A stretch of 64,000 nucleotides of DNA from the NCBI GenBank assembly GCA_963708025.1, contig CAVPSB010000014.1, positions 384,001 through 448,000 of the forward strand. The letters are read 5' to 3'. The notes beneath the pieces were generated by a model. It had not been told where the DNA came from, did no database searches, and saw only the letters and a program-made list of their open reading frames with translations. The stretch is from an uncultured Candidatus Rokubacteria bacterium (GTDB taxonomy: Bacteria > Methylomirabilota > Methylomirabilia > Rokubacteriales > DASRDR01). Both the position numbers and the translations under genes were made by a program. Positions 58,195-64,000 of this stretch are shown here, one piece after another. Each line of letters opens with the position of its first letter. Positions within the stretch are counted from its first letter, which is position 1.

Positions 58195-59238
58195 CTACGG
58201 CCGGATGACGACCTTGCCGAAGACCTCGCGCAACGCGAGCGCCCGCTCGCCCTCGGCGGCCCGATCGAGGGGGAGGACGCGGTCGACGACGGGGCGGAGC
58301 CGCCCCTCGAAGGCCAGGCGCGTGATCGTGAGGAGGTCGTTGTGGGTCCAGCCGTTGGAGCCGAGGATGGCCTGCTCCCGCCGGAAGAGGTAGCGGATGT
58401 CGGTCGGCCCGATCGGCCCGGACGTCGCGCCGCTGGTGACGAGGCGGCCGCCCTTGCCGAGCGCGCGGATCGAGCGCTCCCAGGTGGCCGCCCCGACGGT
58501 CTCGACGATGACGTCGAGGCCGCGCTTGCCGGTGAGCCGGCGCACCGTCACGTCCCAGTCGCGGTCCTCGACGTAGTTGACGAGCACGTCGGCGCCCAGC
58601 GCTTCGAGGCGCTCCAGCTTCCCGGGGGTGGAGGCGGTCGCGAACACCCGGGCGCCGGCCAGCTTGGCGATCTGGACGGCGGCGATGCCGACCCCGCCCC
58701 CGGCGCCGTGGACGAGGACGTCGTCCCCCGGCCGGACGCGGGCGTGGGTGACGAGCATGCGCCAGGCCGTGCCGAACGTGATCGGCAGGCAGGCGGCCTC
58801 CTCGAACGGGTAGCCGTCGGCGATCGGGATCGCCTGGGGCGCCGGCGCCTTCACGTACTCGGCCAGGCCGCCGGGGTCCATCTCGCCCAGCATGTGGACG
58901 CGGAGGCATTTGGGCACCTCGCCGGCCCGGCAGTACTCGCAGCGCCCGCAGCCCCACGACGGGTTCAGGACCACGCGATCGCCGACCTTCGGCGCCGCCG
59001 CCCTGCCGACCTCCGGACCGACGGCCGCGACGACTCCGGCGACGTCGCCGCCGGTGATGTGCGGGAGTGGCGTCGGCTCGCCGGGCATGCCCTCGCGGGT
59101 GAAGATGTCCAGGAAGTTGAGCGCGCACGCGTGAACGCGGACCACGATCTCGCCGGGCCCCGCGACCGGATCCGGCCAGGCCGGCTCGAGCGTGAGGACC
59201 TCCGGCCCCCCGTGCCGATGGATGACGATCGCGCGCAC
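58195..59238 (-). CDS. zinc-binding MDR dehydrogenase
   Basis: HGGPEVL, CALNFLD, CGRCEYC, GAGGGVG, FGKVV. Confidence 0.9.
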   Translation of the reverse strand: MRAIVIHRHGGPEVLTLEPAWPDPVAGPGEIVVRVHACALNFLDIFTREGMPGEPTPLPHITGGDVAGVVAAVGPEVGRAAAPKVGDRVVLNPSWGCGRCEYCRAGEVPKCLRVHMLGEMDPGGLAEYVKAPAPQAIPIADGYPFEEAACLPITFGTAWRMLVTHARVRPGDDVLVHGAGGGVGIAAVQIAKLAGARVFATASTPGKLERLEALGADVLVNYVEDRDWDVTVRRLTGKRGLDVIVETVGAATWERSIRALGKGGRLVTSGATSGPIGPTDIRYLFRREQAILGSNGWTHNDLLTITRLAFEGRLRPVVDRVLPLDRAAEGERALALREVFGKVVIRP

Positions 59239-59279
59239 GCGTCCTCCGCTGAAGTTGTCGGCTCGTCAACGCTACAGGG

Positions 59280-59485
59280 ACGGGTCAAGCTCTCGCGGGC
59301 GGGGCCGAGGAGCGAGCAGCGCCCCCAGGCCGAAGGCCGTCCGAAGGACGCAGGGAGTCGCCGACCGCAGGCGTACTCCTAGTACGCCGAGGATCGGCGA
59401 CGACCGAGGACGACCATAGGTCGGGACGGACGGGAGGCCGCAGGCCGAGCGCGTCCCGACCGACATGGAGGTTGCGACGCTCATC
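59280..59485. repeat. family C repeat, copy 2 (inverted relative to copy 1)
   Basis: Hairpin GTCGCCGA..GGCGTACTCCTAGTACGCC..TCGGCGAC at 59357-59401. Confidence 0.85.
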
Positions 59486-59496
59486 GGGCCCGCCCG

Positions 59497-60576
59497 CTAC
59501 AGCGCGGAGGCGACGGCGTCGCCGACCGCCGCCGTCGTTGCGCCGCCGCCCAGATCGGGAGTCAGCAGGCGCCCGCCGCTCAGCACCGACGCGACCGCGG
59601 CATCGATCCTCCGCGCTCCCGCCTGCGCCGCCTCGTCGGACTCCCGGCGTCCGAGCCAGTCGAGCATCAGGCCGGCCGACAGGATGGTCGCCAGAGGGTT
59701 GGCGATGCCCTTGCCGGCGATGTCGGGCGCGGTGCCGTGAGACGGCTGGAAGAGGGCCGCGTGGTCACCGATGTCGCCGGACGGGGCGAGGCCGAGGCCC
59801 CCGATGGTCGCCGCCGCTAGGTCCGACAGGATGTCGCCGAACATGTTCTCGGCGACGATGACGTCGTAGCGGTCCGGCACCTGGACGAGATAGGCGGTCA
59901 TGGCGTCGACGTAGGCGTGGCTCGCCTCGACTTCCGGGTAGTCGGTCGCCACCTCGTCGAACACCTCCCGGAAGAAGGCGTAGCTCTTCAGCACGTTGGC
60001 CTTGTCCACGCAGGTGACCCGCCGCCGGCCGTCCCGGGGAGCGCCCCCCCGGCGGCGGGCCAGCTCGAACGCCGCCCGGCAGATGCGCGCCGTACCGGGG
60101 CGCGTCACCACCAGGGTATCGGTCACCACGTGAACCCCGACGCGCACCCCCGCGCCGCGGGACGCGTAGAGGCCCTCCGTGTTCTCGCGGAGGATCACGT
60201 AGTCGATGGCCGTTCCCGGCGCGAGGCGGAGGGGGCCGGCGACGCCGGGGTAGAGCTTGATCGGCCGGAGCCCGATGTAGAGGTCGAGGCGGATGCGCAG
60301 GGTGAGTTGGGGCGCGATCTCGGTGCCGTCGGGAAGGCGGACGTCGGGGAGGCCCGCCGACCCGAACAGGATCGCGTCGGCGGCCTGGCAGGCCTCGAGG
60401 GTCTCCCGCGGCAGGTCCTCGCCGGTTCGCCGGTAGCAGCCGGCCCCGGCCTCGACCTCCTCGAGCTCGAAGGCGAGCTCGGAACCCTCGAGGACCCCGA
60501 GCACCTTCAGGGCCTCGGCCATCACCTCGGGCCCGATCCCGTCCCCGGCGATGACGGCGATCCGGTAGCGCCCCAT
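59497..60576 (-). CDS. isocitrate/isopropylmalate/tartrate dehydrogenase family protein
   Basis: GDGIGPEV, RENTEGLY, VDKANVL, ENMFGDILSD, HGTAPDIAGKGIANP. Confidence 0.9.
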   Translation of the reverse strand: MGRYRIAVIAGDGIGPEVMAEALKVLGVLEGSELAFELEEVEAGAGCYRRTGEDLPRETLEACQAADAILFGSAGLPDVRLPDGTEIAPQLTLRIRLDLYIGLRPIKLYPGVAGPLRLAPGTAIDYVILRENTEGLYASRGAGVRVGVHVVTDTLVVTRPGTARICRAAFELARRRGGAPRDGRRRVTCVDKANVLKSYAFFREVFDEVATDYPEVEASHAYVDAMTAYLVQVPDRYDVIVAENMFGDILSDLAAATIGGLGLAPSGDIGDHAALFQPSHGTAPDIAGKGIANPLATILSAGLMLDWLGRRESDEAAQAGARRIDAAVASVLSGGRLLTPDLGGGATTAAVGDAVASAL

Positions 60577-60614
60577 GGTTCAGTCTTGTAGCGCCGTGGC
60601 CGAGAACCGAGCAG

Positions 60615-60865
60615 CCCGAGGACGCAGGGAGGAGGCGGGCCGAAGCGTATGCCGCGACTGGCCATCTGGTCGCGACGCCTCGGGCCTGCGGCCCTCGGGA
60701 CGTCGCTCCCTTCTGGGAGGCCCGCCGACGACCCCCGAGGTCGGGACGGACGCGAGGCCGTAGGCCGAGCGCGTCACGGCCGGGATGAAGGACGACCATA
60801 GGCCGGGACGGACGCGAGGCCGCAGGCCGAGCGCGTCACGGCCGGGATCGATGTTGCGAAGGTTA
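60615..60865. repeat. family C variant, copy 3, with a 62-bp-period tandem duplication
   Basis: GGACGCAGGGAG start; AGGYCGGGACGGACGCGAGGCCGYAGGCCGAGCGCGTCACGGCCGGGAT at 60738 and 60800. Confidence 0.75.
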
Positions 60866-61894
60866 TCGGCCACGGCGCGTCGCCATCTCGGCGGCGACCA
60901 TGATCGCCTCCACCATGCTCTCCGGGTTGGCCGTGCCCTGGCCCGCGCGGTCGAACGCGGTGCCGTGGTCCACCGAGACGCGCAGGATCGGCAGCCCGAC
61001 CGTCACGTTCACCCCGCTCATCCCCGTCCAGGCTTTCTTCGCCTCGTCGTAGCGGAAGCCGACCGTCTTGACCGGCGTGTGACCCTGGTCGTGGTACATC
61101 GCGACCACGCAGTCGAACTCACCGCCCCGGGCGCGGCTCATGAGCGTGTCGGCGGGGTAGGGCCCGGTGGCCTCGATCCCTTCCGCGCGGGCGTCGGCGA
61201 TCGCGGGCGCGATGGCCACCCGCTCCTCGTCGCCGAAGAGGCCGCCCTCGCCGGCGTGCGGGTTCAGCCCGCAGACCGCGATCCGAGGCCCGGTCAGGCC
61301 GAGCTGCCGCATGGCGTCGTGGCCGAGGCGGATCGTTCGGAGCACGCGCTCCCGGGTCACCAGCTCGGGCACCCGCCGCAGGGCGACGTGGGTGGTGACG
61401 TGGATCACCCGCAGGTCACGTCCCATGAGCAGCATCGCGTACGCCCGCGTGTTCGTGAGCTCGGCCAGGATCTCGGTGTGGCCCGAGTGGGTCATGCCGG
61501 CCGCCGCCAGCGCCTCCTTGCTGATGGGCGCCGTGACGATGCCGTCGATCTCGCCGGCCACCGCCAGGCGCACCCCGCGCTCGATGTACTCGTAGGCGGC
61601 CCGACCACAGAGCGCGCTCACGCGGCCGACCGGGAAGGCGGCGGGGTCCGCGTTGGCCAGGTCCAGCACCTCGACGGCGTCCGGGTCCCAGGTCGCGTCG
61701 GCCACGCGGGCGAGGGGGCGGACCGTCAGGTCGCGCCCCGACAGCCCGACGGCAGCCGCCATGACCCGGGCGTCGCCGATGACGAGGGCGCGGCCGGCTT
61801 TACGGACCGCGGGATCGCCGAGGGCCTTGGCGGCGATCTCCGGCCCGATGCCGGCGGGGTCGCCCATGGTGATGCCGAGAACGGGAATGCTCAG
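60863..61894 (-). CDS. pdxA: PdxA-family dehydrogenase (PdxA2-like, D-threonate/erythronate 4-phosphate)
   Basis: ITMGDPAGIGPE, TAPISKE, GHTE, NPHAGE, MYHDQG, VSVDHGTAFD; CTG start. Confidence 0.9.
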   Translation of the reverse strand: MSIPVLGITMGDPAGIGPEIAAKALGDPAVRKAGRALVIGDARVMAAAVGLSGRDLTVRPLARVADATWDPDAVEVLDLANADPAAFPVGRVSALCGRAAYEYIERGVRLAVAGEIDGIVTAPISKEALAAAGMTHSGHTEILAELTNTRAYAMLLMGRDLRVIHVTTHVALRRVPELVTRERVLRTIRLGHDAMRQLGLTGPRIAVCGLNPHAGEGGLFGDEERVAIAPAIADARAEGIEATGPYPADTLMSRARGGEFDCVVAMYHDQGHTPVKTVGFRYDEAKKAWTGMSGVNVTVGLPILRVSVDHGTAFDRAGQGTANPESMVEAIMVAAEMATRRGR

Positions 61895-62059
61895 TTCGGG
61901 ACCTCCCGCCCACCAGCGGCTCCCATTCCTAACCACACATCCGCTTCTCGCGAGCCCCATGGCTTTCGCCGCGCGGCCGTGGCGTTCCGCTTCGAGCCGC
62001 GGCTTCGCCGCGGCCTCCGCGGGGGGGCCTCGGAGGGGTCTTCCGAGACCCCCCCGATG
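61895..62059. repeat. truncated family A copy 7 plus family B copy 3
   Basis: TTCGGGACCTCCCGCCCACC (61895-61914); GGCGTTCCGCTTCGAGCCGCGGCTTCGCCGCGGCC..GGGGTCTTCCGAGACCCCCCCGAT. Confidence 0.75.
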
Positions 62060-62062
62060 TCC

Positions 62063-63166
62063 TCATGTGCATGCCTCGTGGAGTCGCACCAGCGTCTCGG
62101 GGTCGCCGAAGCCGCCGGCCTTCGTCACGACGGTCAGGCCCGCGAACGGCCCACCGAGCAGCCGGCCCGCGGCCAGGCCCGGCTCGACCTCGCCGTCGAG
62201 CGCGATGCCGGTCGCCTCGATCGCCCGACACACGCTATAGGCCGTCTCGCCGCCGGTCAAGAGCAGAGTGCCGGGCGCACCGCGCGCGAGGCGCTCTCGC
62301 GTCGCCTCGGCGAGCGTGCGGACCATCGCCTCCCGGTCGCCATCCCGCGCGCCCCCGGGGTCCAGGGGCCAGATCCCGGAGACGCCGCGCGCCTCGAGCC
62401 GGGCGAGCTGGGCCCGCGTCATCGGATGGGCGCTACCCGCCACCACCAGCAAGGGTGACCGCGGCGCCGGGACCGACCGGGGCGTCGTCGGAGACAGGCG
62501 GGCCGCGACGGCGGCGGCGAGCCCGGCCGACCCGGCGAGCACCACCGGCAGGTCTCCGGCCGCCGCGGCCAAGATGGCGAGGTCGGCCTCGGTCTCGGCG
62601 TCGCAGACGAGGGAGCCGGCGTGCCGCGCGATCCGGGCGGCCACGGCGGACGCGCCCCGCCGCACGGTCGCCAGAGGGAGGAGCGCGGTCGGGTGCGGCC
62701 CGGCGACCCCGAGGAGGGCCAGGACCGAATCGCCGGTCGGGGGAAACGCGGGGTCGCGGGCGACGGGCGTTGCCCCGGCCGGCCGCTGGCCGATGCGGAG
62801 GCGTCCGTCGACGACGGTGCGACGCTGACCGGGAAAGGCCGGGGCCACCACCGCCCGGACGGCGCCGGCGCCCTCGAGGACTCCCGCCAGCTCCGCCGCG
62901 ATCGGACCCCGGAGCGTGGAGTCCAGCTTCTTGTAGACGAGCCCCGGGTCGCAGGCTGCCAGCCGGGTCACCGCCGCGCGGGCGCGCTCCCGCGCCTCGA
63001 GCCGATCGCAGTGGCGGCTCTCGGTGTCGAGAACCAGGACCGTCGGCGCTGGCGCGGGGAGCGTGGCTTCCGGGAGCAGCACCAGCGTCTCGAGCCCGCG
63101 GGCGGCGAACACGCAGCCGGTGTCACACGCTCCCGTGAGATCGTCGGCCTGGATGCCGACCCGCAT
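62063..63166 (-). CDS. four-carbon acid sugar kinase family (DUF1537)
   Basis: ADDLTGACDTG, DTESR, YKKLDSTLRG, PAFPGQRR, TGGETA, TKAGGFG. Confidence 0.92.
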   Translation of the reverse strand: MRVGIQADDLTGACDTGCVFAARGLETLVLLPEATLPAPAPTVLVLDTESRHCDRLEARERARAAVTRLAACDPGLVYKKLDSTLRGPIAAELAGVLEGAGAVRAVVAPAFPGQRRTVVDGRLRIGQRPAGATPVARDPAFPPTGDSVLALLGVAGPHPTALLPLATVRRGASAVAARIARHAGSLVCDAETEADLAILAAAAGDLPVVLAGSAGLAAAVAARLSPTTPRSVPAPRSPLLVVAGSAHPMTRAQLARLEARGVSGIWPLDPGGARDGDREAMVRTLAEATRERLARGAPGTLLLTGGETAYSVCRAIEATGIALDGEVEPGLAAGRLLGGPFAGLTVVTKAGGFGDPETLVRLHEACT

Positions 63167-63261
63167 GACGCCGCCACTCTGACCGCCGGCCGCCGAGCCT
63201 GTCAAGAGCAGCCGGCACGCGCCCGCTGTTCGAGCGTGGGACCGCCGAGAAAGGAGCCGGT

Positions 63262-64000
63262 CTAGGCCGCTGGGTGGGGATCGGGCGCGTCGGGCGCGCC
63301 GCTGACCGGCAGCTCCATGATGATCGCGACCCCGTGCGGCAGGTTCTCGGCGACGATGCGGCCGCCGTGGGCCGTGACGATCCCGTGGCAGACCGACAAG
63401 CCGAGTCCGGCGCCCTGGCCCACCGCCTTGGTGGTGAAGAAGGGGTCGAAGATCCGGGGCAAGCTCTCGTCGGCGATCGGCGACCCCGAGTTGTCGATCC
63501 GGAGGCGAAGCCGGCCGTGCTGGAAGGATGATGAGAGCCGGATGATCCGGCCCTGTTCGGGCGGCAGTGCCCGGGCCGCGTCCAGGGCGTTGTCGAGGAT
63601 GTTGGCGAACACCTCAGCGAGCTGGCGCGCGTCGGCCTGGACGACGGGCAGGCGCTCCAGCTCGTCGATCAGCCGCACGCCGTCCAGCTCGAGATCCCGG
63701 GCCCCGGCGGCGACCTCGTCACGCAGCAGCGCCACCACGTCGGTTGGCGCCCGGTCGGGCGGGTGGGCCCGGACGAAGAGGAGGATCTGGCGGACGACCC
63801 GCGCCACGCGGTAGCCAGCCTGGAGGATCCGCTCGACCCGCTCCGTGGCGTCCGGCGTCTGCGGCTCGCGACGGAGGAGCAGCTCGGCGTTGCCGACGAT
63901 CACGGCCAGCGGGTTGTTGATCTCGTGGGCGGCGCCGGCGCCGAGCCGGGCGAGGGCCGCCACCTTTTCCGCCTGGACCAGCCGGGACTGGCTCTCGCGC
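63262..64000 (-). CDS. NtrB-type sensor histidine kinase, 3' part (start outside window)
   Basis: LVQAEK..GAAHEINNPL, NILDNA, IFDPFFTTK, GAGLGL. Confidence 0.9.
   Translation of the reverse strand, partial: RESQSRLVQAEKVAALARLGAGAAHEINNPLAVIVGNAELLLRREPQTPDATERVERILQAGYRVARVVRQILLFVRAHPPDRAPTDVVALLRDEVAAGARDLELDGVRLIDELERLPVVQADARQLAEVFANILDNALDAARALPPEQGRIIRLSSSFQHGRLRLRIDNSGSPIADESLPRIFDPFFTTKAVGQGAGLGLSVCHGIVTAHGGRIVAENLPHGVAIIMELPVSGAPDAPDPHPAA

Noticed and set aside
60738-60848. Direct repeat resembling a CRISPR array
   Set aside because: Only two ~49-bp units with a ~13-nt spacer, part of family C; no cas genes.

Overview
This 64-kb window is very GC-rich bacterial DNA. The gene repertoire and lineage-typical families suggest Candidatus Rokubacteria/Methylomirabilota (inference). 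It is mostly housekeeping, transport and catabolic genes: prs 5' end, an AttEFGH-like ABC/lipocalin operon, ilvE, a SIS isomerase, a TRAP system, two Dpp-type ABC clusters lacking ATPases, moaA, kynU, FKBP, RluA, acyl-CoA ligase/thioesterase, and pdxA2 with a DUF1537 kinase. An accessory block at about 6.7-19.5 kb holds two PIN toxin-antitoxin pairs, a nucleotidyltransferase pair, a caspase-like remnant, a cyclase-STAND protein, a SARP-STAND regulator and a secreted beta-helix protein. Several genes carry single-base frameshifts, probably long-read consensus errors. Highlights: (1) a B12-type radical SAM gene whose apparent stop is a Sec UGA (C-U-A-E-P) followed by a SECIS-like hairpin; (2) at least four families of modular palindromic repeats, one of which places a Shine-Dalgarno sequence in front of genes lacking ATG starts; (3) a 117-bp palindromic element inserted in frame into an acyl-CoA ligase; (4) an isolated attC-like site; (5) a His-less pseudo-histidine kinase; (6) a catabolic cluster with a glutamate-cyclase-like protein and an M20 protein lacking metal ligands. 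No rRNA, tRNA, CRISPR array, integrase or transposase was recognised.
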